Shown here one piece after another: positions 30,125 through 39,352 of a DNA stretch of 64,000 bases. A model generated the notes under the pieces. It worked only from the letters and a program-made list of their open reading frames with translations, had not been told where the DNA came from and made no database searches. Within the stretch, counting starts at the first letter, position 1, and each line of letters starts with the position of its first letter. The stretch spans positions 128,001 through 192,000 of the forward strand of contig CAWKNZ010000007.1 of the NCBI GenBank assembly GCA_963851265.1, read 5' to 3'. Source of the DNA: an uncultured Gemmatimonadales bacterium (lineage in GTDB: Bacteria; Gemmatimonadota; Gemmatimonadetes; Gemmatimonadales; Gemmatimonadaceae). Both the position numbers and the translations under genes were made by a program.

Positions 30125-31519
30125 CTGCCGACCGCGTGCGAGATCGCGGCGGGCGTGCGCGCCGGCACGCTCGGCGCGCGCGCGGTCGTGCGCGAGGCGC
30201 TCGCGCGCATCGCCGCGCGCGACCCAGCGGTAGGCGCGTTCGAGCGCGTGCGCGACGCGGAGGCGCTCGCCGAAGCCGGGGCGGTGGCCGAGCGCCCGGA
30301 CCGGGCGCGACTGCCGCTCGCCGGCGTGCCGGTCGCGGTCAAGAACAACGTCGACGTCGCCGGCGAGGTCACCGCTAACGGCACGCTCGCGTGCGCGCCG
30401 CACCCGGCCGCGCGCGATCACCCGACCGTCGCGCGGCTGCGCGCCGCCGGCGCGGTCGTCGTCGGCGTCACGCGCGTGCCCGAGCTGTGCCTCTGGCCGT
30501 TCACCGACGGCCCGCGCGGCACGGCCCGCAACCCGTGGGACCCCGCGCACACGCCGGGCGGCTCGAGCGGCGGCAGCGCCGCCGCGGTCGCGGCGGGGAT
30601 GGTCCCGCTCGCGTTAGGCAACGACGGGCTCGGCTCGATCCGCATCCCGGCCGCGTGCTGCGGACTCTTCGGCCTCAAGCCCGGCCGCGGGGTGGTGCCG
30701 GCCGAGGTCGGCGCGCACGCGTGGTTCGGATGGTCGGAGAACGGGCCGCTCGCGACCACCGTCGACGACGCGGCGCTCATGTTCGCGGTGCTCGCGGGGC
30801 GCGACCACGCGGACGGCGCGCGCGACACGTTCGCCCGCGAGGCCGGCGCGGTCTCGGGGACGCCCTCGCGGCTCCGCGTCGCCGTCGCGCTCGGCCCCCC
30901 GACGCCCGGCGTGCGCGTGGATCCGGCGTGGCGCGCGGCGGGCGCGCGGGCGGCCGCCGCGCTCGCCGAGGCGGGGCACCGCGTGACGTCCGCCGCCCCG
31001 CCCGCGCCCCTCCGCTTCGTGCCGCGGATCCTCGCCACCTGGATGGCCGGCGCCGGTGACGATGCCGACGCGCTCGCGGCCGCTGGCGGCGATCTCACGC
31101 GCCTCGAACGCCGGACGAAGCGGCACATCGCGGCCGGGCGGCGCCTGCGCACGCTCGGCCTCGTGCGGCAGGAGGACCGCGACGCGTGGCGTGCGCTGCA
31201 GCTGCGCTTCTTCGACGACTACGACCTGCTCGTCACGCCGACGCTCGCCCGCGCCCCGCTTCCGGCGGACGGGTGGGCGCGCCGCGGGTGGCTCGCGACG
31301 CTCAAGGCGTCGGTCGACGTGGCGCCGTTCACCGGAGGGTGGAACGTGGCCGGATTCCCGGCCGCGAGCGTGCCGATGGGCGTCGACGCGCGAGGGCTGC
31401 CCGTCGCGGCGCAACTCGTCGCGCCGCCCGGTGGCGAGCAGCAGCTGCTCGACGTCGCCCGGCTACTCGAGCGATCGCTGCCGTGGCCGCGCACCGCGCG
31501 TGTTGGTCAGCTTGACTAA
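30125..31519 (+). CDS. Amidase signature family protein
   Basis: GVPVAVK, PGGSSGGSAAAVAAG, GNDGLGSIRIPA; start uncertain (CTG 30125 or GTG 30155). Confidence 0.9.
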   Translation: MPTACEIAAGVRAGTLGARAVVREALARIAARDPAVGAFERVRDAEALAEAGAVAERPDRARLPLAGVPVAVKNNVDVAGEVTANGTLACAPHPAARDHPTVARLRAAGAVVVGVTRVPELCLWPFTDGPRGTARNPWDPAHTPGGSSGGSAAAVAAGMVPLALGNDGLGSIRIPAACCGLFGLKPGRGVVPAEVGAHAWFGWSENGPLATTVDDAALMFAVLAGRDHADGARDTFAREAGAVSGTPSRLRVAVALGPPTPGVRVDPAWRAAGARAAAALAEAGHRVTSAAPPAPLRFVPRILATWMAGAGDDADALAAAGGDLTRLERRTKRHIAAGRRLRTLGLVRQEDRDAWRALQLRFFDDYDLLVTPTLARAPLPADGWARRGWLATLKASVDVAPFTGGWNVAGFPAASVPMGVDARGLPVAAQLVAPPGGEQQLLDVARLLERSLPWPRTARVGQLD

Positions 31520-31559
31520 AATGTACGACGCGCTCTACGATGCCCGGACCTCAGTCCGG
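31503..31559 (+). promoter_or_regulatory. Sigma-70-type promoter with operator palindromes for the TA operon
   Basis: TTGACT (31512)-18 nt-TACGAT (31536); near-palindrome TTGGTCA-GCT-TGACTAA over the -35; inverted repeat CCGGAC-CTCA-GTCCGG at 31544-31559. Confidence 0.65.
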
Positions 31560-31568
31560 AGCGCCGTC

Positions 31569-31910
31569 ATGGCGAAGCACGAGTACCGCCCGAAGACTCC
31601 GTCGCCGCGCTCGCCGCGCGTGAGCGAGCCGACGACGCTCAACCTGTACGAAGCCAAGACGCACCTGTCCGACCTCGTCGAGCGTGCGTCGCGCGGCGAA
31701 GAGATCGTGATCGCGAAGGCGGGCACGCCGATGGCGCGCCTGGTCCCGCTCGCCGTGCCCGACAAACCGATCCTGCGGAAGCCCGGGATGTGGAAAGGTA
31801 AGATTTGGGTGGCGGACGACTTCGACGACCCGCTGCCGCCGGCGATTCGGAAGGATCTCGATGACCCGCAAATCTTCCCCGAGAATTGGGACGCCGAGAG
31901 ACGCCGGTGA
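31569..31910 (+). CDS. Phd/YefM family antitoxin
   Basis: NLYEAKTHLSDLVERASRGEEIVIAKAGTPMARLVP, DDFDDPLP. Confidence 0.92.
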   Translation: MAKHEYRPKTPSPRSPRVSEPTTLNLYEAKTHLSDLVERASRGEEIVIAKAGTPMARLVPLAVPDKPILRKPGMWKGKIWVADDFDDPLPPAIRKDLDDPQIFPENWDAERRR

Positions 31911-31927
31911 CCCTCACCGCGACCGGA

Positions 31928-32311
31928 ATGTCCGAAGGCCGTCTGCTGCTCGATACGCACGTTTTCCTCTGGTGGCAGGAGGAGTCGGAGCGCCTTGCAC
32001 CCGACGTCGCGAGTCAGATCGCGACGGCGTCGGAGGTGCGCGTGAGCATCGCGTCGGCGTGGGAAATCGCCGTCAAGACCGCGTCCGGGAAGTTGCGCTT
32101 GAGCGAGTCGTTCGCCGACGCGTTGGAGGAGAACCGCTTCGGGCTGCTCCCGATCACCCTTGACCACATCGGGGCCATTGCCTCGTTGCCCGTCCACCAC
32201 CGGGACCCGTTCGACCGCATGCTGATCGCGCAGGCGGCGCACGAACGTCTGACGCTGGTTACGCACGACCGCCGGATGCGCGCGTACCCGATCGCCGTCG
32301 TGTTCACGTGA
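31928..32311 (+). CDS. vapC: VapC/PIN-domain toxin
   Basis: LLLDTHVFLWW, SAWEIAVK, HRDPFDRMLIAQA, LVTHD. Confidence 0.92.
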   Translation: MSEGRLLLDTHVFLWWQEESERLAPDVASQIATASEVRVSIASAWEIAVKTASGKLRLSESFADALEENRFGLLPITLDHIGAIASLPVHHRDPFDRMLIAQAAHERLTLVTHDRRMRAYPIAVVFT

Positions 32312-34482
32312 CGCCCAACGTCGGGCGCATCGCGTGCGCGGCCCTCGCCGTCGTCGCCCCGTCGGCGGCGCGCGCGCAGGCGGCGCGCCCGGACACCGTC
32401 CGCGCCGACACCGCGCGCCTCGCCCCCGTCACGGTCACCGTCACGCGCACGCCCACCGCGCGCGACCGGGCGCCGTGGGCCGTCGATGTGTTAGGCGCAG
32501 GGGCCGTGCGCGGCGCGCGGCTCACCAACGGCGTGGCCGACGCGCTGGCGGAAGTGCCGGGCGTCTACGCCGCCGACCGCGGCAACTACTCGGTCGACCA
32601 GCGCATCTCGATCCGCGGCTTCGGCGCGCGCGCCAACTTCGGCCTGCGCGGCGTGCGCGTGACGCTCGACGGCGTGCCGCAGACGCTCCCCGACGGCCAG
32701 TCGCAGCTCACCAACCTGGACCTCGCCAGCATCGGCCGGGTCGAGGTGCTGCGCGGGGCGGCGGCCTCGCTCTACGGCAACGCCTCGGGCGGGGTGCTCG
32801 CCTTCACCACCGACCTCAGCGCGCCGCCGCGCGGCCTCGCGTTCGGGGGCCGCGTCGAGGAGAGCGCGTACGACACGCAGAAGTACCAGCTGCGCGGCGC
32901 CACGCAGTTCGGCAGCACGATCGCCGCGCTCTCCGCCTCTCGGCTCACGACGAACGAGTACCGCCAGCACGCCGACGCCGAGCAGCGGCGGCTGTCGCTC
33001 GTCGCGGACCACGCGTTCACGCCCGCGACCACGGGCACCGTGCGCCTGTACCTCGCCGACGACCCGCAGGCGCAGAACCCGGGCGCGCTCACCCCCGCCG
33101 AGTACGCGCTGCGCCCCGATTCCGCCGCGGGCGTCAACATCCTGCGCGGGGCCGACAAGCACGTGAACCAGCAGCAGCTCGCGCTCGGACTCCGCCACGT
33201 CGGCGACGACGGCGCGCGCGCCGACGTGACCGTGTACGGCGTCGTGCGCGACCTCTGGAACCCGCTCGCCACGCCGCCCCCGGGGGCACCGACCGGCGCG
33301 GCCGGGCTCCGCATCGGCACGCTGACGACCATCTCGCGCCACGCGGGCGGCGCGCGCGCATCCATCGCCCGCCGCCTGCCGTTCGGCGCGGACCCGAGTC
33401 GCGCCCCACTCCTCGCGGTCGGCGCCGAGTACCAGGAGATGCGCGACCTGCGGCAGAACGCGCGAGACACGGGTGGGGAGCGGGTCGGCCGCGCCGACAC
33501 CCTGCTGCTCAACCAGCTCGAGCTGGTGAACAATCTCGCGCCCTTCGCGCAGCTGACGTGGAGCCCGGCGTCGCGCCTGCTCGTCGACGCGGGCGCGCGC
33601 TACGACCGCGTGCGCTTCGCCGTGCGCGACCGCTTTCTCGCCGACGGCGTCAACAACAGCGGCGCGCGCACGATGGCCGCCGCGAGCGGACACGCCGGCC
33701 TGAGCGTCGCGGTCGCCGACGCGTTCACGCCGTACGGCAACGTGTCGACCGACTTCGAGACGCCGACGACCACGGAGCTGCAGGCCCAGCCGGGGAACGT
33801 CGGCGGCTTCTCGCCGACGTTAGGCCCGCAGCGCTCCGCCGGCGCCGAGTTCGGCGCGCGCGGCGAAGGGTTCGGCGCCCGCCTCCGCTACTCCGCCGCG
33901 CTGTTCGCGCTGCGGACGCGCGACGCGATCGTGCAGTGGCAGGAGGTGAACGGGCGCGCGTACTACCGCAACGCCGGCCGCACGCGCACGAGCGGCGGCG
34001 AGTTCGGGCTCGGCGCGCGCGCGCCGCTGCACGGCGTCGCCGACGCGCTCGGGTTGGACGTCGCGTACACGCTGACGCGCGTGCGCTTCGCCGACTACGT
34101 CGTGCAGAACGGTACCTCCGTCACGTCGTTGGGCGGCCGCACGCTGCCGGGCGTTCCCGAGCGCTTCGTGCGCGTCACGGCCCGGGCCCGGCCGCTCACG
34201 GGCGTGCTGGCCCCCCTGGCGCTCGAGGCCGACCACACGTGGGCGTCCGCGCTCTACGGCGACGACGCGAACACCATCCGCGTCGCCGGCTACGGCCGCG
34301 GCGTGCTCAACCTGCGCACGCGCTGGAGTGCCGGACGCGTGCGCCCGTTCATCGCCGTGCAGAACGCGTTCGACCAGCGCTACGTGGGGTCGCTCACGGT
34401 CAACGGGCTCGGCGGACGCGTGCTCGAGCCCGCGCCGGGGCGCACGGCCTACGCGGGGCTGTCGGTCGAGCCCGCGCACTAA
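32308..34482 (+). CDS. TonB-dependent receptor (YncD-like)
   Basis: Signal peptide; plug ISIRGFGAR, DGVPQT, EVLRGAAASLYGN; C-terminal NAFDQRY...EPAPGR. Confidence 0.9.
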   Translation: MTPNVGRIACAALAVVAPSAARAQAARPDTVRADTARLAPVTVTVTRTPTARDRAPWAVDVLGAGAVRGARLTNGVADALAEVPGVYAADRGNYSVDQRISIRGFGARANFGLRGVRVTLDGVPQTLPDGQSQLTNLDLASIGRVEVLRGAAASLYGNASGGVLAFTTDLSAPPRGLAFGGRVEESAYDTQKYQLRGATQFGSTIAALSASRLTTNEYRQHADAEQRRLSLVADHAFTPATTGTVRLYLADDPQAQNPGALTPAEYALRPDSAAGVNILRGADKHVNQQQLALGLRHVGDDGARADVTVYGVVRDLWNPLATPPPGAPTGAAGLRIGTLTTISRHAGGARASIARRLPFGADPSRAPLLAVGAEYQEMRDLRQNARDTGGERVGRADTLLLNQLELVNNLAPFAQLTWSPASRLLVDAGARYDRVRFAVRDRFLADGVNNSGARTMAAASGHAGLSVAVADAFTPYGNVSTDFETPTTTELQAQPGNVGGFSPTLGPQRSAGAEFGARGEGFGARLRYSAALFALRTRDAIVQWQEVNGRAYYRNAGRTRTSGGEFGLGARAPLHGVADALGLDVAYTLTRVRFADYVVQNGTSVTSLGGRTLPGVPERFVRVTARARPLTGVLAPLALEADHTWASALYGDDANTIRVAGYGRGVLNLRTRWSAGRVRPFIAVQNAFDQRYVGSLTVNGLGGRVLEPAPGRTAYAGLSVEPAH

Positions 34483-34495
34483 CCAATAGGGCCTC

Positions 34496-35257
34496 ATGCC
34501 GCACGACCTGCTCCTGCTCCTCGCGCACCCGGACGACGAGAGCTTCTTCATCGCCGGCACGGTCGCCAAGCTCGCCGCGGCCGGGCAGCGTGCGGGGCTC
34601 GTGTGTGCGACGCGCGGGCAGGCCGGCGCGCTCGGGGCGCCCGACGCGCCCCCGCTGGCGACGCGCGAGACGATCGGTGCCGTGCGCGAGCAGGAGCTGC
34701 GCGACGCGTGCACCGCGATCGACCTCGACCTCGTCGCGCTCCTCGACTACCACGACCGGCAGCTATCCGACGCCGACCCCGACGAGATCCGCGCGACGCT
34801 GGTACGCGTGATCCGCGCGGAGCGGCCGCGCGTGGTCGCGACGTTCGATCCCAACGGCATCACGCGACACCCGGACCACATCGCGATCAGCCGCTTCGCC
34901 GCCGACGCCGTCCCCGCGGCGGCCGACCCGCGCTGGGCGCCGGCACTCGGCCCCGCGCACCGCGTCCGCCGCGTCGTCTGGCCGTCGCCCGCGGAGCCGT
35001 GGACCGAGTGGCGCCCGGATCGGCTCCGGGCGATCGGCGGCGTGGACTACGTGGTCGACGTCTCGGCGCACGCCGCGCAGAAGGAGGCTGCGCTCGCGGC
35101 GCACCGCACGCAGCAGGGCTCCGTGCGCCCGCTCTGGTACGACCGGGCCGCTGCCTCGGGCGCGGGGCGGAAGGTGTTCGACACCGAAGCGTTCCGCCAC
35201 GCGTGGGGCGACGGCGTTCCAGGGGTCGCGCCGGACCTCTTCGCAGGGCTCGAGTAG
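34496..35257 (+). CDS. PIG-L family deacetylase
   Basis: AHPDDES, ATRGQAG, HPDH, AHRTQ. Confidence 0.9.
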   Translation: MPHDLLLLLAHPDDESFFIAGTVAKLAAAGQRAGLVCATRGQAGALGAPDAPPLATRETIGAVREQELRDACTAIDLDLVALLDYHDRQLSDADPDEIRATLVRVIRAERPRVVATFDPNGITRHPDHIAISRFAADAVPAAADPRWAPALGPAHRVRRVVWPSPAEPWTEWRPDRLRAIGGVDYVVDVSAHAAQKEAALAAHRTQQGSVRPLWYDRAAASGAGRKVFDTEAFRHAWGDGVPGVAPDLFAGLE

Positions 35258-35289
35258 CCGTCCCGCCACCCGCGCGGGCGCGCCGCAGC

Positions 35290-35610
35290 TTACGCCACGA
35301 GTAGCTCGCCGGCGACCATCGGCAGCGGCGGCGCGTGCAGCGTGCGCTGCAGGATCGCGCGAGCCGCGTCGTCGCACCGCGCGCGCATCGCGCCGACGAT
35401 CTGCAGCGTCCCGCTACGGCGCGCGCTCAGGTAGTCCTGCGCCTCGCGACGGACCGTCGCCGCACGCGCGGCCGGCGTCTCCTGGGTGAGCCCGTTCGCG
35501 GCGGCGGTGAGCCGGCCCGCGAGCGTACGCGCGACCGCATCGGGGAGGGGGTGACTCGCCGCAGGGAGCGGCAGGCCGAACAGAGTCTGGACGGGCAGTG
35601 TGGCAGGCAT
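35290..35610 (-). CDS. Hypothetical protein (106 aa)
   Basis: Plausible composition, fills the gap; no motif recognised. Confidence 0.45.
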   Translation of the reverse strand: MPATLPVQTLFGLPLPAASHPLPDAVARTLAGRLTAAANGLTQETPAARAATVRREAQDYLSARRSGTLQIVGAMRARCDDAARAILQRTLHAPPLPMVAGELLVA

Positions 35611-35931
35611 CGTCTGTGAGGCAGAGAGTTGGGACGGGCACTACGACGTGGGCCCGTCCGGGCTGCCCACCTGTAATGCGAGCGCGGTGCCCCACATCTC
35701 TGCCGTGTCCGCAGCTTGCAGGCGACGTTCTGTTGGTCGCGCCTGCCGCGGCGGCGCGCGACGCGCCGGAACGGCGGGTCGACTCGCAGCGCTGCCGGTC
35801 GGCCCGCCGAACCCGAGGTCCACCAGCGGCCCGCCGGGGTGACGACCATACCGCCGCCGCGGTATGCTGTTGCAGCCGGCCGAGCACCCGTCCGGGCGCC
35901 CGCGTCTTCGCTTCCACCATTCGTCTCCGAC

Positions 35932-36465
35932 GTGCGTCATCGCTCCCTGCACCGCCCGCACGGTGTGACCATCGCCCTCGCGGCGTGCACGTTGGCGAGC
36001 GTCGCGCCGCGGCACATGCCGGCGCAGGCTGCGGCAACCGGTGACCTCCCGGGGCTCAGCGCCGTGCGCGTGGCCGGACAACTTGGCACCGGGGTGCTGC
36101 TCGGCCCGATCGGCTACGTCGGCGGCGGTCTCGCGACTCGCTTCGTCGTGCGCCGGCTTGGCGGGTCGCAGGGCACCGCGTCGACCGCCGCGGAGCGCGC
36201 CGCCTACGTCGGGGTAGCGGCGGCCACTGCGGTCGGCCCCACGCTCATCGGCGCGCGCGGTCCGGGGCACGGGCTGTACGTCGCGTCCCTCGGAGGCGCT
36301 GCGGTGGGGATGCTCGGGACGGCGCTCGTCGCGCGTCTCAACCGGACGTCCGACGATCGCCCCGACCCGCCGTGTCGACTGACCTGTCGTTTGTCCGCCG
36401 TCGCTGCCTTCACATTGCCGAGCATCGGGGCCACGCTCGGTTACAACCTGTCGCGGCGCCGGTAG
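35932..36465 (+). CDS. Hypothetical Gly/Ala-rich membrane or secreted protein
   Basis: Signal-like N-terminus, glycine-zipper-like helices, C-terminal GATLGYNLSR; start uncertain. Confidence 0.55.
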   Translation: MRHRSLHRPHGVTIALAACTLASVAPRHMPAQAAATGDLPGLSAVRVAGQLGTGVLLGPIGYVGGGLATRFVVRRLGGSQGTASTAAERAAYVGVAAATAVGPTLIGARGPGHGLYVASLGGAAVGMLGTALVARLNRTSDDRPDPPCRLTCRLSAVAAFTLPSIGATLGYNLSRRR

Positions 36466-36533
36466 GACTGCCCCGCGAGATCGCGATCACTCTCGATGCG
36501 TCGATACCCTTGCGCGCGCGCGTCCAAGCCCGC

Positions 36534-36926
36534 GTGTCGACACCGTCAGACCCGCTGACCCGACTCCGCGCGCTGTGCCTCGCGCTCCCCGAGGCGCACG
36601 AGGCGCTCGCGTGGGGTGAGCCGACGTTTCGCGTTCGAAACAAGCTGTTCGCCATGTACGCGGGCGCGGCCCGTCACGGGCGGGGGCGCGACGCAGTGTG
36701 GGTCAAGGCGACGCCCGAGAACCAGGCGTTCCTTGTAGCGGCGTCTCCCGCGCGCTACTTCGTGCCGCCCTACGTGGGGGTGAGCGGTTGGGTGGGCATC
36801 CGGCTCGACCGTCGGCCGCCGTGGCGCGAGGTGGCGGCCATGCTGCGCGACGCGTATCAGCGGACCGCGCCGAAGCGGCTCGCGGCGCAGCTCGAGGACA
36901 GCACACCGCACCACGAGACGGAGTGA
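36534..36926 (+). CDS. MmcQ/YjbR family protein
   Basis: LRALCLALPE, WGEPTFRVRNKLFAM, YFVPPYVGVSGWVG, AYQRTAPKRL. Confidence 0.88.
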   Translation: MSTPSDPLTRLRALCLALPEAHEALAWGEPTFRVRNKLFAMYAGAARHGRGRDAVWVKATPENQAFLVAASPARYFVPPYVGVSGWVGIRLDRRPPWREVAAMLRDAYQRTAPKRLAAQLEDSTPHHETE

Positions 36927-37002
36927 TCTTTGCCGCTGAACGGATTCTACACGCGACGCGCATAGCTCCCGTCGCGACGTCGTCCACCTCCGTCCTCGTC
37001 AC

Positions 37003-37551
37003 GTGCGGCAACGCACCCAGCTCGGTTCGATGCTTCCGGTCGCCTGCGTACTTGCCGTCGGCGCGTGTGGCACGATCGTCTCGTCGGTCCAGCCACGCGT
37101 TGGCGCGCCGGGCACGGCGGTCGCGGGCAGCACGGGCCTGACGACAGGCTCCAGCACTGGCCCCGGGCGCATCGGCGCCGGCGCCGACTCCGGGCTGCTC
37201 GGACGACCGCGCGACCGCGCCGACCGCGGCGCGATCGCCGGCGCCACGCTCGAGCAACGCCGGCAGTGTCGCACGGCGGGCGTGCCGCGCGGCTACATCG
37301 CGATCGCGTACGAGCGCTCGACGAGCGAATGTCCGAGCGTGGCCGCACGCGGCGACAGCACCGCGTCGGTGGCCGTGATCGTCCACTACGCGACGGCCGC
37401 CGTCGGGACGCGCCTGGACATCTGCGCCGACCAGCCCATTCCGTCGGGCTGGAACCAGGTGGGTGACGAAGGTCCTGGTGATCCCGGCGCGTGCCCTGGA
37501 GCCGCGGCGAACGGGAACGACACCGCGCTCCGAATCCGCCGCGACAACTGA
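37003..37551 (+). CDS. Putative lipoprotein with Cys-rich C-terminal domain
   Basis: Lipobox-like VGAC; four further Cys (RQCR, ECP, DICADQPIPSGW, ACPG). Confidence 0.6.
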   Translation: MRQRTQLGSMLPVACVLAVGACGTIVSSVQPRVGAPGTAVAGSTGLTTGSSTGPGRIGAGADSGLLGRPRDRADRGAIAGATLEQRRQCRTAGVPRGYIAIAYERSTSECPSVAARGDSTASVAVIVHYATAAVGTRLDICADQPIPSGWNQVGDEGPGDPGACPGAAANGNDTALRIRRDN

Positions 37552-37590
37552 ATCCAGGGCGCACGGCGGCGGTGCCGCCGTGCGCGCGCG

Positions 37591-39123
37591 TCAGGCGCGA
37601 AGGAGCGCCGACGCGTAATCGAAGTAGTCGAGGCTGGCGTCGGCGCGCGCCATCAACCCCTCCGCGATACCGATGCGCGCGTGAGGCAGTTCGGTGACCT
37701 GCGGGCGCACGACGTGGTCCAGCCATCCTTCCGCGTGCCCCACGTCGATGATCGCGTGCGCGGCGTAGTAGGCCATCGCCTTCCGCGGAATGCCCACGCG
37801 CTGCGCGCCGGTCACGAGCCGCGTGCACCGCTGCGGCGCGAGCAGCTCGACGGCGCCGAGGGTTCCCTGGGCGCGGAACGCGTTGCGGCGCGGGATGCAG
37901 CTCCAGAGCATCACGTTCACCCCCCCGAGCACCTGCCAGGGCAGTTCGTGCGCTTCGGGCGCGGTGATCGCGAGGGTTTCGGTCAGCTTGTGGAAGAGGT
38001 GGGTGTGTACGGCGTGGCTCTTCCCGTTGCCCAGCTCGTCCCAGTAGTTGCGCCCCATCTCGATCTTCACCTCGCCGCGCGTGCCCACCTGGCCGAGCGC
38101 GACGAGATCGTCGAACGCCGCCTCGCCCGCCGCCTCGAGGCGCAGGAAGCGCTCGAGCTGCTCGCGGGTGGCCTCGCCGGCGAGGAAGCCGTAGAGCGGG
38201 TGTTCGTAGAGTGGGTGCGTGAACGCGGCGCGCTTGAACCACTCGCAGAACGCGTCGGGGTCGGCGGGCAGGGCGTCGGCCGTGAGCGAGTCGCCCACGG
38301 CGCGCTGCGCCGAACGGCGCGCGCGCGCCAGCAGGTCGCGCTCCCACGCACCTTCGAGCACGCGCAGCAGCTGCATCGTGAACGGGTGGAACTGGTTCTC
38401 GCTCATCCCGTGCTGCGGCAGGCGCACGTGCGGCTGATAGCACGCGAGCAGCGCGCGGTGCATCTCGTCGCGCGCGGCGTGGTCGACCCAGCGGTCGGTC
38501 GAGCGGTCGCTCACGCGGTCCGCCGGGTAGGCGCGTGCCGCGAGACGCCGCGCCTGATCGAGCACCTCGCGTTCGAGCGCGGGCCGGTCGGCCAGCACCT
38601 CGTCGAGCGGTCCGCCGAACAACAGCCCCGCGACCACGTTCGCGAACGAGGGCGACGCGTCCGCGAGGGGCGCGGCGACTGCGCCCGTTGCGACCGCGTC
38701 GGCGGCACGGGGCGTGCCCGCGGTGAGCGCGCGACCGGGCGCGGGCCGGTCGATGTACGTGGTGATCTGCCGTTCGGCGTCCAGCCGCGATGCGGAGAGC
38801 AGGGCGCGATTCGCCGGGCGCACGAGTGGCAGCTCGACATGTGCGGCGGAGCTCGGCGAACTCGACTCCGCCGTGAGGGCGCGGCGGCGCTCGATGCCGG
38901 ACTGAACCGCGCGCCGCACCGGTACGTCATCCGGACTGGCGGGCGTGGCGTCGGTGTGCGACGCGTCCGCCGGGCCGTCGACTCGGGCGAGCGGAACCTC
39001 GGCGTCCGGACCGCGTCGCGACGGCAAGGAAGGGGAAGAGAGAGTCGGTGCGCGGGGCGCGTCCATGTCGGGCGCGAGCGACGGATCAGACGAATCGAAC
39101 GACGAGAATGCAGCAGACGACAT
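37591..39123 (-). CDS. Iron-containing redox enzyme (heme-oxygenase-like diiron oxidase, HDO)
   Basis: HPLY, EAAGEAAFDD, NYWDELGNG..HTHLF, LGAVELLAP, YYAAHAIIDVGHAEGW; long low-complexity N-terminus makes the start uncertain. Confidence 0.85.
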   Translation of the reverse strand: MSSAAFSSFDSSDPSLAPDMDAPRAPTLSSPSLPSRRGPDAEVPLARVDGPADASHTDATPASPDDVPVRRAVQSGIERRRALTAESSSPSSAAHVELPLVRPANRALLSASRLDAERQITTYIDRPAPGRALTAGTPRAADAVATGAVAAPLADASPSFANVVAGLLFGGPLDEVLADRPALEREVLDQARRLAARAYPADRVSDRSTDRWVDHAARDEMHRALLACYQPHVRLPQHGMSENQFHPFTMQLLRVLEGAWERDLLARARRSAQRAVGDSLTADALPADPDAFCEWFKRAAFTHPLYEHPLYGFLAGEATREQLERFLRLEAAGEAAFDDLVALGQVGTRGEVKIEMGRNYWDELGNGKSHAVHTHLFHKLTETLAITAPEAHELPWQVLGGVNVMLWSCIPRRNAFRAQGTLGAVELLAPQRCTRLVTGAQRVGIPRKAMAYYAAHAIIDVGHAEGWLDHVVRPQVTELPHARIGIAEGLMARADASLDYFDYASALLRA

Positions 39124-39352
39124 CACAGCACCACGGATGGTGGCCCACGGCGCGACCGACCGGGATCCGGGGTGGATCGAGCCGCTCCAGCCAGGCCGTC
39201 GCCACCACATCCTTCCCCCACCCCACACGCCGGCCGGCCGCTCTCCGCGTGCAGTGGCGCACGCCGGGAGCTCCGGCGCGGCCCGCAAGTGCAAGACGTA
39301 CACCCAACTTGTGTTGGCCCGCGCGGCGGTTTTGGCACGCGGGGGCACGCTC

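Noticed and set aside
39280..39350. Sigma-54 promoter between the HDO and the methyltransferase
   Set aside because: TTGGCACG lacks a -12 element, and the opposite-strand TTGCA has a poor -24 element.
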